A DNA stretch of 64,000 nucleotides. It comes from an uncultured cyanobacterium. Lineage in GTDB: Bacteria > Cyanobacteriota > Cyanobacteriia > CAKZMO01. The notes under the pieces are model-generated. The model saw only the letters and a program-made list of their open reading frames with translations. It was not told the DNA's origin and made no database searches. The stretch is from NCBI GenBank assembly GCA_963719515.1, contig CAVRCJ010000019.1:96001-160000 (forward strand). Reading direction: 5' to 3'. A program made the translations under genes and the position numbers. Positions 10,020-21,571 of the stretch are shown piece by piece. Every line of letters starts with the position of its first letter. Within the stretch, counting starts at the first letter, position 1.

Positions 10020-10907
10020 ATGCAAGATTTAGACGCCCTCTCTTTGGCAAGTACGGCTTCAGAACTGGCTTCGACGCCCTCTGTCTCGATCCCTTCTATT
10101 GAAGGCGAAAATCAAGATGAAGACCAGCCGATAGCGTCTGGTACGCTGAGCGCGGTTGCTTTTTTCTTGGGAGAGCGCCTCGACACAAAAGCGTTTGAAA
10201 CCGCAGACTGCTTGGCTAGCGCTCCGCTGACTATCAGGCTGGGACGGCAGGGCTACGGCGTTTTATTCTCTTATGGGGCAGCGGTCTTGTTTGACCTAGA
10301 GCCGGTTGAAGAAGCTACGGCGGTGACTCAGCTGCAGTCTTTCGTGAGCGACTCCTTCTCAGCCCCAGAGACTGAGCGAGTTGAGCTGTATTTTAACGCC
10401 GACACTGCCCGAGCAGCCGGCGGAAAGATTTGGCTGCAGCACTTTGGCGTCGAGCAGCTTCAGCTTGTCAGCGATGTATTGTCAAAGAGCGTTGTGCTTG
10501 CCCATTACGAGGCGAGAATAGCAGCGATCTTCGATCAGCTGGAGCCGTTTTCGAAAAATCTGCAGGACAACACCAAAACCGACCGGTGGAGTAAGCTGCT
10601 GCTAAAGCAGATCGGCAACAACCTCTCTATTCAGCACAAAATTGTTGGCCGCGTCGAAATTATTGATAAGCCTGACCTACTCTGGGATGCGCCTAACCTA
10701 GAGCGGCTTTACCTCAGGCTTGAAGATGAGTACGAAATCAAAGAGCGCCACATTGCCTTGGAGCGAAAGCTGTCGCTGGTGACTCAAACCGCTGAAACAG
10801 CTCTAGAGCTACTTCAGCACAACACTAACCTGCGGGTTGAGTGGTATATCGTCGTTCTCATCGTCATTGAGATTTTGCTATCTCTATATGACCTGTTTTT
10901 AAGGTAG
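10020..10907 (+). CDS. RMD1/YagE family protein (DUF155)
   Basis: LFSYGAAVLF, LSKSVVLAHYE, DKPDLLWD, EWYIVVLIVIE C-terminal TM. Confidence 0.9.
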   Translation: MQDLDALSLASTASELASTPSVSIPSIEGENQDEDQPIASGTLSAVAFFLGERLDTKAFETADCLASAPLTIRLGRQGYGVLFSYGAAVLFDLEPVEEATAVTQLQSFVSDSFSAPETERVELYFNADTARAAGGKIWLQHFGVEQLQLVSDVLSKSVVLAHYEARIAAIFDQLEPFSKNLQDNTKTDRWSKLLLKQIGNNLSIQHKIVGRVEIIDKPDLLWDAPNLERLYLRLEDEYEIKERHIALERKLSLVTQTAETALELLQHNTNLRVEWYIVVLIVIEILLSLYDLFLR

Positions 10908-11005
10908 GAGATTCAGGCGCTAGACTGAGTCGTCGAGGGCCTATTGACCCTGAAGTAGAAAACTCGACTGCAGCAGATTAGCGAACGAAGGAGCTAAAGC
11001 AAGAG

Positions 11006-11362
11006 CTATGGCTGTAGCGCATGGTATTCAGAGCGAGAAAGACCGTCTCCTTCAGGCATCGGCTGCTGCTTGACCCGCATGGCCAACTCCTGCAGCTGGC
11101 TAACCGCCTCTGCACCCTCTAGCTTCATAAGTTCGCGGTCACCTCGCATTTCGGTCCAGGTGATGCCGTAATCAGAAACTAAAAACCGGATCAAATGATC
11201 TTCCCCGAGGCTCACCATGAATGAGGCGCTGTTCATCTGCGCACCGCAGGTATAGCACGAGGCAAGGTATCCCCGTCGCTCAAGCACGGTCGCAAGAGCC
11301 TGAAGATTCATGACGAGGTCTTTGACAAACTGACGATGCTGCTCTGCAAGCCTTGAAAACAT
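11006..11362 (-). CDS. DUF1815 family protein
   Basis: MFSRLAEQHRQFVKDLVMNLQALA...ASCYTC, characteristic of this cyanobacterial family. Confidence 0.88.
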   Translation of the reverse strand: MFSRLAEQHRQFVKDLVMNLQALATVLERRGYLASCYTCGAQMNSASFMVSLGEDHLIRFLVSDYGITWTEMRGDRELMKLEGAEAVSQLQELAMRVKQQPMPEGDGLSRSEYHALQP

Positions 11363-11838
11363 ACTTGACTCCTGACACCAATGTTAACGACGTCAAACAA
11401 TTTTAACGATTTTTTAATAAGCTTACTTAACTGTACCTTGGCTTTCCAGACGATACGGGCTTGTATCATAAAAAACCGGAAAACCTGCGCGACTTGATTT
11501 GGGATATAAGCTCAACGTGATATCCACCCTGCTAAGTCCTGAAGCGCTAAAAACTAGCTGCAGGAACGGGTTTAGTCTAGGGGATAGAGACATCTACAGT
11601 TGATGCAGCGCTGTTCTGGCCAACCTGCACTCAGGTTAACATTCTCACCCCCCGCTTCGATGGTTCTGGTGTGACAAAGTTGTAGACAAGGTCACCCCTT
11701 TTTTCGAAAAGATTACGTGAAGCTGGTTTCCAGGTTAGGCGATCGCCCTCTGCCCGGTATCGGTCGCTAGACGTAGCCACTACCAGATGAGGTCAATGCG
11801 AATGTATGAGCGCCAAACCTATAGGCTGAAGCTATTGG

Positions 11839-12051
11839 CTAGCTGAGCTGCCACCAGCCGAGAGCCGGGCCTAATAGTCGGACCACAACCCAGTAGACGA
11901 CGAGGGCACCGATACCTATCCATGCGCCCTGGGTACTGAGCTTGACGAACGCACTAGCTTGACTCTTTTTGATAGGAAGCCAGGGCAAAATGTTGGGCTC
12001 TTGTCCGTATTGCTCGCCCAGCACATCCTTACGCCGCTTAGAATCACCCAT
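11839..12051 (-). CDS. DUF2839 family small membrane protein
   Basis: MGDSKRRK start; GAWIGIG...VRLLGP.LGWW. Confidence 0.88.
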   Translation of the reverse strand: MGDSKRRKDVLGEQYGQEPNILPWLPIKKSQASAFVKLSTQGAWIGIGALVVYWVVVRLLGPALGWWQLS

Positions 12052-12152
12052 GTCCGTTGCTGTCTATCTATTTACGTCATGATCAATATTGGCACAAACC
12101 TCGCCCAGGTTGAGACGGGGGCGCAGCGATCTGAATGGTCTACAGCTCAAAA

Positions 12153-13364
12153 CTATGTTTGAGACGATAGCGCTTCGCGCGGAACGTTCTGCGCAGCGGT
12201 AGCCGCGCGGCTAGAGAGATGCGAAAAAAGCGTCTGAAACGCTTCGTTGCGCACCGATTCAAAAAAGAAAAAAGAAACGCCGTCTAGACCCCTCGCTTTA
12301 ACGGCAGCGGCTTGAGCAGAAATCAAATCTGGGGCAAGCGGACGATCTTTAAGACCGGCAAGAATGCCAACACCGACGGATGAGAAATTTTGTACGCCTT
12401 GGGCGACTAAACGATCAACCTCTTCTACAAATGAGGCCACGGTGGGCCGATAGATCTGCACAATCAGCTGATCTATCCAGCCCTGCTGTTGCCACTGGTC
12501 CCAGGCTTGAAGATACTGATCGTAAGCAAAAGGCAGCGGATTGGGCGACAGGGACAAAATTGCCTCAGGGCGCTCTCGCTTGACGGCGGCGACGATTTCT
12601 CCCATGAGCGACGTCAGCTGGTCTGACCGCCAGGCCATCCAGTCTGGGTCGCGGGGATCATTGGGGGGAAGGCGATCGCCGTGGGTCTGCTGGTATTGGG
12701 CGATGGTGTAAGGGTCGTAGCCAAACTCCACCGGCCAGCTAAAGTGGTCGTCAAACTGAATTCCATCTATGGGGTAAGCTGACGCGACTTCTGCAAGCAG
12801 ACTGACGTAAAATTCTCTCACCTCCGGGTGTAGGGGGTTGAGCCAGAATCTCGGATGGCGGCCCTGCATAAATAGGCGACTGCCGTCTTGCCGTTGGGCT
12901 AGCCAGCTGGGATGCCGACGCGCTAGCTCGGAGTAGGAGGGGGTCATGAGGCCAAACTCGAACCAGGGGATCACCGCCATCTCTTGGTCGCGGCCAAGCT
13001 GGGTCAGTTCTGCCAGCAGATCTCGATTCGCCAACCCAGGATGAGGGTCGACCCGTGAGCCAACGACGCGCTCGGCAACGGCGCTGGGATAGAGGGAGTA
13101 CCCCCAATTCCAGACGGTGGGGTAGAGGGTATTGATGCCCAGCTGGGCCATACGCTCTACCCCACGGGCCGTCTGTAGCTCCGAGAGGAGGACGCCGCTG
13201 TCGATATTGGTGAGCCATACCCCTCGGAATTCATCGGAGGGCAGTGGGTTATGGCTGGCCGAAGGGAGAGCCATACCGGCCGCCAGCAGGATCCCCAATA
13301 GAGCGATCGCGGCCCGAGACGCCCATCGGCGCTTAAGTCGTTTTAGCGGGGTAACGTTCAGCAC
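12153..13364 (-). CDS. Secreted glycoside hydrolase-like 10 (GHL10/DUF187) protein
   Basis: Signal peptide, EFRGVWLTN, IPWFEFG, DGIQFDDHF. Confidence 0.88.
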   Translation of the reverse strand: MLNVTPLKRLKRRWASRAAIALLGILLAAGMALPSASHNPLPSDEFRGVWLTNIDSGVLLSELQTARGVERMAQLGINTLYPTVWNWGYSLYPSAVAERVVGSRVDPHPGLANRDLLAELTQLGRDQEMAVIPWFEFGLMTPSYSELARRHPSWLAQRQDGSRLFMQGRHPRFWLNPLHPEVREFYVSLLAEVASAYPIDGIQFDDHFSWPVEFGYDPYTIAQYQQTHGDRLPPNDPRDPDWMAWRSDQLTSLMGEIVAAVKRERPEAILSLSPNPLPFAYDQYLQAWDQWQQQGWIDQLIVQIYRPTVASFVEEVDRLVAQGVQNFSSVGVGILAGLKDRPLAPDLISAQAAAVKARGLDGVSFFFFESVRNEAFQTLFSHLSSRAATAAQNVPREALSSQT

Positions 13365-13528
13365 GATAGTTTGGTTAGGCGACGGCTCAATTCGAGTGAA
13401 CTCACAACATCATCTTCAAGTTTACGGCAACAGAGCGCTATAGTACTATAGATCTACTAATCTGTTTTGCTAGCTCGGCACCTGTTCAGCGAGCGCCATA
13501 GCTTCCAAAGGCCATACTCAATCGTCAC

Positions 13529-13930
13529 TCAATCGTCTTTGGGGAGCAGCGCAGTAATCCGGTCTACGAAATCTTGGTGGTCTACGACAGGTTTTGAGAT
13601 GTAGCCATCGGCACCGCTCTGGCGCAAAAAACTCTCGCGATCGCCCTGCATAGCGTGGGCTGTAACCAAAATGATAGGAAGATCGGCGGTTTTGGGGTCT
13701 GACTTCAGCATCTGGGTAATGTGGATACCGTCAACAGGCTTCCCCTGGTAGACGCTACGAGAGAGCGAAACATCCATCAAAATGATGTCGATCTCGCGGG
13801 ATTGAGCGACTTCCAAGACCTCTTCGACGTCTTCAGTATGCCTAACCGCTAGTCCGCCTCTCTTGGTCAGAATTTTTGAGAAGACCCGAGCATTGATCAA
13901 GTCGTCTTCGACAATTAAAACGGTTTTCAT
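13529..13930 (-). CDS. Single-domain CheY/DivK-like response regulator
   Basis: VLIVEDD, ILMD phospho-acceptor, VTAHAM, YISKP. Confidence 0.92.
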   Translation of the reverse strand: MKTVLIVEDDLINARVFSKILTKRGGLAVRHTEDVEEVLEVAQSREIDIILMDVSLSRSVYQGKPVDGIHITQMLKSDPKTADLPIILVTAHAMQGDRESFLRQSGADGYISKPVVDHQDFVDRITALLPKDD

Positions 13931-14434
13931 AAGGTGGTCCTAGCTAAATTGAGTCACATAGGGTACTTAAAATATGCACTTACATGTACGAGATAGTATC
14001 GCAACTGTAACCATTGGTGCGGATATGCCGCAAATGTGGCCGCAAACAGGTTTACTGGCGGGGTCAGTTGTCGAGTGCCGGTCTCGTCCTATTTGCCCCA
14101 CCCAATCCGTTCCCTGCTCCTGCGCTGCGGCACTGAACGACGGCGCTGCCTACAGCGCAATTGAAATCAGACGAGATAGAGAGTTAGATGGAACTAGTGC
14201 CTGTCGGTATCTCTCTTCAGCCCAAGTTGAGCTAAATCCGCTACCTTCATCATATGGGAACACCGATAAAGATATGCTGGGTCGGCGCTCAGGCTCACAC
14301 CGCCTTGCCTTTGACGGCATCGTAAGGGAGGCTAGATCAATCGATTTTCCACTCTAGACACCGTTTCAATTTCACCGCTACTTCATCGCTGCGCCGCTTT
14401 TTCTCTATTTAATATATAGACAGGATCACCGCTC

Positions 14435-16963
14435 ATGGCTAGACAGCTCAAAATTATTTCTCCAGGGCAAGTCATTCCGACCCCGCTTCACTCTGAGGTA
14501 CAGCGCTCGTACCTGGAGTATGCCATGAGCGTGATTGTAGGTCGGGCCTTGCCAGATGTCAGGGATGGCTTAAAGCCTGTGCATCGACGGATTCTCTACG
14601 CCATGCATGAGTTGGGTCTCACCCCGGACCGCCCCTACCGCAAATGTGCTCGCGTCGTTGGGGATGTCCTGGGCAAATATCATCCCCATGGCGACCAGGC
14701 CGTTTATGACGCCCTAGTGCGCATGGTGCAGTCTTTCTCCAGCCGCTATCCGCTGCTCGCGGGGCACGGGAACTTTGGCTCGGTAGATAACGACCCGCCC
14801 GCTGCGATGCGATACACCGAGACGCGGCTAGCCCAGGTGGGTAACGACGCGCTGCTGACGGAAATTGGCGAGGCGACAGTCAACTTTATCGACAACTTTG
14901 ACAGCTCTCAGCAAGAGCCTGTCGTCTTACCGGCTCAGCTGCCGTTTCTCCTGCTCAACGGCTCGTCAGGGATTGCGGTCGGCATGGCCACCAACATCCC
15001 TCCCCACAACTTAGGAGAGGTGGTCGATGGACTCATTGCCCTGATTGACCGCCCCGATCTACCGGACGAAAAGCTGCTGAAGCTTATTCCTGGCCCTGAC
15101 TTCCCCACAGGAGGAGAAATCACGGGAACTAAAGGAATTCGCGACGCCTACTTGACCGGACGGGGCAGCATTCCCATTCGGGCCGTTACGCAAACTGAAG
15201 AAGTGCCGGGGGGGCGGGGGCGGCATCGACGGACGGCCATCATCGTCACGGAGCTGCCGTTTCAGGTGAATAAAGCGGGCTGCATCGAAAAGATTGCTGA
15301 GCTTGTCAACAATGGCCGAGTCGAGGGGATCGCCGACATTCGAGACGAGAGCGATCGCGAGGGAATGCGCATCGTTATTGAGCTGCGGCGCGATGCCTCA
15401 GCGGAGACTATCCTCAGCGCTCTGTACCGAATGACGCCGCTGCAGAGTAACTTTGGGACTATCATGCTCTGCCTCTCAGACGGACAGCCTCAGCAAATGA
15501 CCCTCAGGCAGGCGCTCAGCGCATTTTTGTCCTTCCGCGAAGATACCCTAACGCGGCAGTATGGCCATGAGCTAGATCAAGCTGAGCAGCGGCTGAGCGT
15601 GGTGGCGGGGCTGCTGGTGGCGCTGGAAAACCTAGACACGGTGATCGACATTTTGCGCAATTCAGCCGATGGCACGTCCGCAAAGGCGGAAATGCAGGCC
15701 GACCTTGACCTCAGCGATCGCCAATGCGACGCTATTTTGGCCATGCCCCTGCGCCGACTTACCGGGTTAGAGCGGCAGCGCCTGCAGACGGAGCACGATG
15801 AGCTAACGGCCCGGATTGACCGGCTCAATCAGCTGCTGGGCGATCGCCAGGAGTTACTTAAGGCTCTGAAAAAGGAGCTGCGGGCGCTCAAGCGCCAGTT
15901 TAGCGACGAGAGGCGCACCCGCATTCTCAGCGCAGAGGAGCGAGAGCAGGAAAAAGAGCGGCTAGCCGAGATTCAGGCGGTAGTGATAGAGGATGACGTC
16001 GTGCTGGAGTTCACTCAGCAGGGCTACCTGCGGCGGTCGTCACCCCGAGCCTTTCAGCGGCGGCTGGCCAAAACTGACCCGCTGCCCAGCACCTTAGAGT
16101 CCATTACCGATGACATTGTCACCCAGGTCATTCCCACTACGACAGGGCGATCGCTGCTGAGCTTTACTCGCAGCGGTAAGGCCTTCAGCCTCCCGGTGGG
16201 TGATATTCCTGCCACACCTCGCAATTCTAGGGGGACGCCCCTCGTTACGCTACTGCCGCCTTCAGCTCAGGCCGAGGGCGATCTAGAAGGGAGTGCAGCG
16301 CAGCTGGTCTACCCCGAGGATGACCAGGGAAAAGACGTGATTTTGCTCACTCAGCAAGGCCGGATTAAGCGGTTGCCTCTCTCCGACTTTTCCTCGCTCA
16401 CGGCCCGTGGCCTGACGGCTCTAAAGCTCAAAGCGGGGGATAGCTTGGCTGACGTACTGGTATTGGCAGACGACGCTCAGCTCGTCCTAGCGACCTCGGG
16501 GGGGCGACTGCTGCGGTTCGCCTTGAGCGAGGAGCAGGTGCCCTACACGGGGCGGACAACTCAAGGACAGACCGGCATTCGTCTAGGCCGTCGCGAGAGC
16601 TGCGTTGGGTGGACGCTGGTGAATGCGGCGGCGACTCAAGAATCTCTGCTGCTGCTCACGGCGCAGGGCTACGGGAAGCGGCTGCGCCTTGAGCAAATTC
16701 GCTTGGGAAATCGAGGCGATCTGGGCATCCAGGCGATGCCGTTTTCCGCTAAGACGGACCGGCTGATTGGGCTATCTTGGGCCAGTGCAAAGACCAAAAC
16801 TCGAATCACGACAGATCAAGACCGCATCGCGCAGCTTTCAGCCGGTGAAGTTCCCATAAAAGGCCGCGACGATAAAGGGAAACGAGTCGTCACGCTGGCC
16901 AAAAAAGAAACTATTTTGGCGCTGAAAGAAGTGCCTAACACAGAGAACCTCCCTGACAGCTAG
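14435..16963 (+). CDS. gyrA: DNA gyrase/topoisomerase IV subunit A (second cyanobacterial paralog, no GyrA-box)
   Basis: [30 protein letters not shown] catalytic Tyr, beta-pinwheel CTD repeats. Confidence 0.92.
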   Translation: MARQLKIISPGQVIPTPLHSEVQRSYLEYAMSVIVGRALPDVRDGLKPVHRRILYAMHELGLTPDRPYRKCARVVGDVLGKYHPHGDQAVYDALVRMVQSFSSRYPLLAGHGNFGSVDNDPPAAMRYTETRLAQVGNDALLTEIGEATVNFIDNFDSSQQEPVVLPAQLPFLLLNGSSGIAVGMATNIPPHNLGEVVDGLIALIDRPDLPDEKLLKLIPGPDFPTGGEITGTKGIRDAYLTGRGSIPIRAVTQTEEVPGGRGRHRRTAIIVTELPFQVNKAGCIEKIAELVNNGRVEGIADIRDESDREGMRIVIELRRDASAETILSALYRMTPLQSNFGTIMLCLSDGQPQQMTLRQALSAFLSFREDTLTRQYGHELDQAEQRLSVVAGLLVALENLDTVIDILRNSADGTSAKAEMQADLDLSDRQCDAILAMPLRRLTGLERQRLQTEHDELTARIDRLNQLLGDRQELLKALKKELRALKRQFSDERRTRILSAEEREQEKERLAEIQAVVIEDDVVLEFTQQGYLRRSSPRAFQRRLAKTDPLPSTLESITDDIVTQVIPTTTGRSLLSFTRSGKAFSLPVGDIPATPRNSRGTPLVTLLPPSAQAEGDLEGSAAQLVYPEDDQGKDVILLTQQGRIKRLPLSDFSSLTARGLTALKLKAGDSLADVLVLADDAQLVLATSGGRLLRFALSEEQVPYTGRTTQGQTGIRLGRRESCVGWTLVNAAATQESLLLLTAQGYGKRLRLEQIRLGNRGDLGIQAMPFSAKTDRLIGLSWASAKTKTRITTDQDRIAQLSAGEVPIKGRDDKGKRVVTLAKKETILALKEVPNTENLPDS

Positions 16964-17080
16964 GGTGTCAGCGCGCAGAATCTCTATCTTTCGACTCGGC
17001 TGTTGTCTTTCAACTGGCCCTTCTCGGTGAGCCAAGGAGTCTCGATAATGTTGGCTAGATAACTGCTTGCTAGCACCGCC

Positions 17081-18247
17081 ATGACTTCCTCTGCTCACCC
17101 TGCTCAACTGCAGGTGCCGTCCGACACTGCAGCTCCGCCTACTGGGTTAAGCCCTGAAGATTTAAGCCCTGGGGCACCGCTTCCCTCACAGCCAGAAGCG
17201 ATCGCGACCCAGCCTCATTTGTGGATGCCAGAGCAGGTTCTGTTTACGCCCGCTGCTCTAGAAGAGGCTTGGGGGCAGCAAATTTTAGAGCGAGTCGAAG
17301 GGCTCAATATACCGGTCAAGCGGCTCACCCAAAACCGCATCACTGGGCTCCGGGGCAGCACCGAGCGCGAGACCTACGGTATTGCCAAGCGAACCATGGC
17401 AGTGGTGGTCGCCCCACCAAGCCAGCTTAAGCTCAGCCCCATCCCGCCCTCTGCCGACTGGCAGTTTCACCTCGCTCAGGGGTGTCCCGCTCACTGTCAG
17501 TATTGCTACCTAGCGGGCAGCCTGCAGGGGCCACCCGTGATCCGCGCCTACGCTAATCTGCCCCAAATTTTGGATAATCTGCAGCAGTACGAAGCGGCTG
17601 ATGGCCCCACTAGCTTTGAGGTTAGCTGCTACACCGATCCTTTGAGCCTCGAACACCTCACCGGCAGTTTGGCGGAGTGCATTCGCTACTTTGGCACCCG
17701 CGAGCAGGGCTACCTGCGCTGGGTAAGTAAGTTTGACGCGGTGGAGAGCCTCGTCGGTCTGCCCCACAAGGGTCGGACGCGCTGTCGATTTAGCGTCAAC
17801 GCCCATTCGGTGTCTCGCTTCTTCGAGGGGGGAACCGCAAGCGTGCCTCAGCGGCTTGCTGCCCTGCGGACTCTGGCCCTGCCCACCGCTCGCGGCGGTG
17901 GCGGCTATCCCATAGGGTTAGTTATTGCCCCAATTATGCCTCTAGACAACTGGCGACAAGAGTACGGTGAGCTGTTTAACCAAATTGGGCAGGCCCTCGA
18001 TTTTGACTGCGACCTGACCTTTGAGCTGATTTCCCATCGATTTACGCCGGGATCTAAGGCCGTCTTACAAAGCTGGTACCCCGGCAGTCGGCTAGACTTG
18101 GATGAGGAAAATCGCAGCGTCAAGCGCAATAAGTTTGGCGGCGTCAAATATGTCTATGAGCCGGGCACGATGCGATCGCTCAGGTCATTCTTCGAATCGG
18201 AGATTGAAAGCCGGTTTCCGCAGGCCCGTCTGCTGTACTGGACTTAA
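17081..18247 (+). CDS. splB: Spore photoproduct lyase family radical SAM protein
   Basis: GCPAHCQYCYL radical-SAM motif, FEVSCYTD, ELISHRFT, KRNKFGGVKYVY, C-terminal LYWT. Confidence 0.82.
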   Translation: MTSSAHPAQLQVPSDTAAPPTGLSPEDLSPGAPLPSQPEAIATQPHLWMPEQVLFTPAALEEAWGQQILERVEGLNIPVKRLTQNRITGLRGSTERETYGIAKRTMAVVVAPPSQLKLSPIPPSADWQFHLAQGCPAHCQYCYLAGSLQGPPVIRAYANLPQILDNLQQYEAADGPTSFEVSCYTDPLSLEHLTGSLAECIRYFGTREQGYLRWVSKFDAVESLVGLPHKGRTRCRFSVNAHSVSRFFEGGTASVPQRLAALRTLALPTARGGGGYPIGLVIAPIMPLDNWRQEYGELFNQIGQALDFDCDLTFELISHRFTPGSKAVLQSWYPGSRLDLDEENRSVKRNKFGGVKYVYEPGTMRSLRSFFESEIESRFPQARLLYWT

Positions 18248-18297
18248 GCCTGGTGGCACTGCCCTGAAACTCCTATCTTCACAGCATTAGCGGAGAC

Positions 18298-18729
18298 TTG
18301 AATCCCTCTATGAACACCGTCAGCGATCGTCTCAAAACGCTCAACCGCATCCGCCGATTTAGTCGCCTGATGGATACGGCGATTGGCATTCCGGGCACTA
18401 AGTTTCGCATTGGTCTTGACCCCATTATCGGTCTATTGCCGGGGGCAGGGGACCTGCTAACGACCGGATTCTCGGTCTATATTTTGGTGATGGCGGCCCG
18501 CTTCCGCTTGCCAACGTCCCTTCTGCGCGGGATGATCTTGAACGTAGCGCTAGAAGCGGTCTTGGGCTCAGTTCCCGTCTTGGGTGATGTCTTTGACGCC
18601 TTCTTCAAAGCTAATATTCGCAACCTCGCCGTATTAGAGCAGCATTTGCAGGCCAGTGCGCCCGAGCTGCAAGAAGAAGATGCGGAGAACCTGTCTAGCG
18701 TTGACCCAGACTTTGTGCGATCGCTATAG
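18298..18729 (+). CDS. DUF4112 membrane protein
   Basis: LMDTAIGIPGTKFRIGLDPIIGLLPGAGD...GDVFD.FFKAN. Confidence 0.9.
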   Translation: MNPSMNTVSDRLKTLNRIRRFSRLMDTAIGIPGTKFRIGLDPIIGLLPGAGDLLTTGFSVYILVMAARFRLPTSLLRGMILNVALEAVLGSVPVLGDVFDAFFKANIRNLAVLEQHLQASAPELQEEDAENLSSVDPDFVRSL

Positions 18730-18783
18730 CTACAGCTCCGCTGCTACAACTCTAAATCTACGTTATGGAGAGGGTGCCGTTTG

Positions 18784-19245
18784 ATGATACCGCCGTGGAT
18801 GGCTATTGGAGGGGTGACGCTGCTGCTGGGGCTAGTTGGAAACATTCTCCGCCCCAAAGACATTAAGTGGTTTCGGCGTTTAGAGCGACCGAGCTGGCTG
18901 ACCATTGAGCCTCTGATTCCCGTAATTTGGATCATTGTCTTCATTTGCGGGGCTTGGTCTGCCTATATCGTTTGGACCAATCAGCCCGGCGAGCCTTCAA
19001 CTTGGCTTCGGATGGCGCTGTACGCGCTTTTAGAACTGGTCACGGTAGCCTACACCCCTGCAATGCTGTGGACTCACCGCCTGCGCATCGGGACTGTCTT
19101 GGGCGGTACCGGTTTCTTGGTGGCACTGGTTTTAGCTGGACTCGTAGCCCCAATCTCTCTTTGGGCAACGCTACTGCTGGTTCCCTACCTCCTCTGGAGT
19201 CCCATAGGAACATTGGCCACCTGGCAAATGGAAAAGATAAATTAG
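18784..19245 (+). CDS. tspO: TspO/MBR family tryptophan-rich sensory protein
   Basis: WFRRLERPSWL, Trp-rich TM helices, LLVPYLLW. Confidence 0.88.
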   Translation: MIPPWMAIGGVTLLLGLVGNILRPKDIKWFRRLERPSWLTIEPLIPVIWIIVFICGAWSAYIVWTNQPGEPSTWLRMALYALLELVTVAYTPAMLWTHRLRIGTVLGGTGFLVALVLAGLVAPISLWATLLLVPYLLWSPIGTLATWQMEKIN

Positions 19246-19448
19246 CTCTACTTATGCTCCTCAAGAGGTGAACGGCAGACAGCCTCGCGGGGTTGGTGTT
19301 AGCTCTAAAGCATTAATCGAGGTGATGTTGGCTTATTATGAATGTTGGTGTAGCGCCCCCTATTGGACTATCGCTTTTGGGGAGTCGCCTGGAGCGAGCT
19401 AGCCGTAGCGCGGGTCGCTCTGATCAGGTTCAATACAGGGTAGTGCTC

Positions 19449-20207
19449 ATGACGAGTGTGGTATCGCAGACGGCTAGCCTAGATCTCACAGCTATCAACC
19501 GACAGCTCGCTCGTGCCGATGCAGAACACATTGTTCGCTGGTCTGTCGAGGCCTTTGGCGACGGTCTTGTCATGAGCACGAGCTTTGGCATTCAATCTGC
19601 TGTAATGCTGCACCTCGTGACTCAGGTCAAACCGGATATCCCAGTTATTTGGGTTGATACTGGATACCTGCCTGCAAAGACGTACCTATTTGCTGAGTCT
19701 CTCACCCAGCAGCTAAACCTCAACCTCAAGGTCTACCAGGCTGAACTCAGCCCGGCCCGCATGGAGGCGCTACACGGTAAGCTGTGGACCAAAACCGACC
19801 TGGACTCTCTCAATCAGTACGATCGCATTCGCAAGGTTGAACCCATGCAGCGAGCGCTCCGAAATCTGGGGGCGTCGGCTTGGCTAGCGGGTCTGCGGGC
19901 AGGCCAAACTCAGCATCGGCAATCCCTAAAGGCGGTTAACAAGCAGGCTGAAATCTACAAAGTGCTGCCTATTCTAGCTTGGACCTCAAAAGAGGTTTAC
20001 TACTACCTCAAAGACAATAATTTGCCCCACCACCCTCTGTTTGACGAGGGCTACATGACCGTAGGAGACTGGCACTCTAGTCGACCCATTACGGCTTCCG
20101 ACAATGATGAGAGAGATACTCGCTTTCACGGCGTCAAGCAAGAGTGCGGGCTGCACCTGCCTAAAACACCGGGTGAAGCTGAGAGCCTAGACTCTAGCTC
20201 GCTCTAG
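19449..20207 (+). CDS. cysH: Phosphoadenosine phosphosulfate (PAPS) reductase
   Basis: [22 protein letters not shown]-terminal ECGLH; lacks the CC...CxxC Fe-S motif of APS reductases; start taken at ATG 19449. Confidence 0.95.
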   Translation: MTSVVSQTASLDLTAINRQLARADAEHIVRWSVEAFGDGLVMSTSFGIQSAVMLHLVTQVKPDIPVIWVDTGYLPAKTYLFAESLTQQLNLNLKVYQAELSPARMEALHGKLWTKTDLDSLNQYDRIRKVEPMQRALRNLGASAWLAGLRAGQTQHRQSLKAVNKQAEIYKVLPILAWTSKEVYYYLKDNNLPHHPLFDEGYMTVGDWHSSRPITASDNDERDTRFHGVKQECGLHLPKTPGEAESLDSSSL

Positions 20208-21514
20208 CGCTTTTCGAGGGCTTCTACATCTCGCTCTTCCCGCTTGGACGCCTCTAGACGACTCCGCAAATCAGCCTGGTTTTCGAGCAGATAATCCTGC
20301 TTGACTTCTTCCTGCACGCCTGAGGCGAGCCACTTCAGCTGAGCGCTGCCGCCTTCGGCTTCGGTCTCTCCGAGCATAATGCAGGCCACAGCCCCGCTGC
20401 GATTGGCCCGCTTCAGCTGCTTGCCAAATGCGCTTCCCGTCACGTCTAGCTCGACGGCAAAACCGGACTGACGCAGCTGATGAGTAATGACTAGCGCTTG
20501 GGACTCAGCGCGATCGCCCCGCGACACCACATAAAAATCTAGAGAGAGATCTTGAATCGACGTTTGCTGCTGGAGCAGTAAAATCAGGCGCTCCATGCCG
20601 CTGGCCCAGCCAATGGCGGCGGTCTCTGGTCCCCCGAGCTGAGCAACCAGCCCGTTATAGCGCCCGCCCGCGCATACCGTCGCCTGCGCTCCCAACGCCT
20701 CAGACTGGATCTCAAACACGGTGTGGGTGTAGTAGTCGAGGCCGCGCACCAGCTGCGGATCAAGGGTGTAGGTGATTTTGAGGTCATGGAGCAGCGCCTG
20801 CACCTGCTCAAACCGCCGTTGGGATAGCTCGCCGAGGTATTCGTGCAGACTAGGGGCCTCTCGCAAAATTTCCCGCGTGCGCTCGTGCTTGGAGTCCAAG
20901 ATTCGCAGAGGGTTGCGGTCCAGGCGATCTTGAGAGTCTGAGTCAAGTTCAGCCTTATGGGGCGTCAGGTAATTGACTAAGGCATCCCGGTAGCGCTGGC
21001 GATCGCTCAAGTCGCCGATCGAGTTAAACACCAGCGTCAGGTCGTCTAGCCCTAGCGTTTGCAAAAACTGGTTGGCCAGCGCAATCACCTCAGCGTCTAC
21101 TCGAGGATCGTCGCTGCCCAAGACCTCGACGCCGACCTGGTGAAACTGCCGCTGGCGGCCCGCCTGGGGGCGCTCGTAGCGAAACATAGGGCCAAGATAC
21201 CAGAGCCGCTGCAGCCCTTGAGAATGCAGACTGTGCTCGATAAAGGCCCGCGCCACGCTGGCTGTGTTCTCAGGGCGCAGGGTCAAAGAGCGATCGCCGC
21301 GATCGCTGAAAGTATACATCTCCTTACCGACCACGTCTGTCGCCTCACCAATGCTGCGCTCAAACAGATTGGTCTGCTCAAAAATTGGGGTGCGAATTTC
21401 TCGGTACGCTGCTCGAGTTAGCGTGTCGCGGGCTGCCGATTCAACGCTATACCAATAGGCGATTTCGTCGGGCAAGATGTCTTTTGTGCCTCGAATCGCT
21501 TTGACCCTCTCCAT
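20204..21514 (-). CDS. hisS: Histidine--tRNA ligase
   Basis: [42 protein letters not shown]. Confidence 0.97.
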   Translation of the reverse strand: MERVKAIRGTKDILPDEIAYWYSVESAARDTLTRAAYREIRTPIFEQTNLFERSIGEATDVVGKEMYTFSDRGDRSLTLRPENTASVARAFIEHSLHSQGLQRLWYLGPMFRYERPQAGRQRQFHQVGVEVLGSDDPRVDAEVIALANQFLQTLGLDDLTLVFNSIGDLSDRQRYRDALVNYLTPHKAELDSDSQDRLDRNPLRILDSKHERTREILREAPSLHEYLGELSQRRFEQVQALLHDLKITYTLDPQLVRGLDYYTHTVFEIQSEALGAQATVCAGGRYNGLVAQLGGPETAAIGWASGMERLILLLQQQTSIQDLSLDFYVVSRGDRAESQALVITHQLRQSGFAVELDVTGSAFGKQLKRANRSGAVACIMLGETEAEGGSAQLKWLASGVQEEVKQDYLLENQADLRSRLEASKREERDVEALEKR

Positions 21515-21571
21515 ACTTCGGATTCCAATCACGCTAATTGTTTCAACAGATGCTCATCACGCCTCGAGACC

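Noticed and set aside
13974..14357. 127-aa ORF between the response regulator and the gyrA paralog
   Set aside because: No recognisable motif, and it fills a divergent promoter region; probably non-coding, though not excluded.
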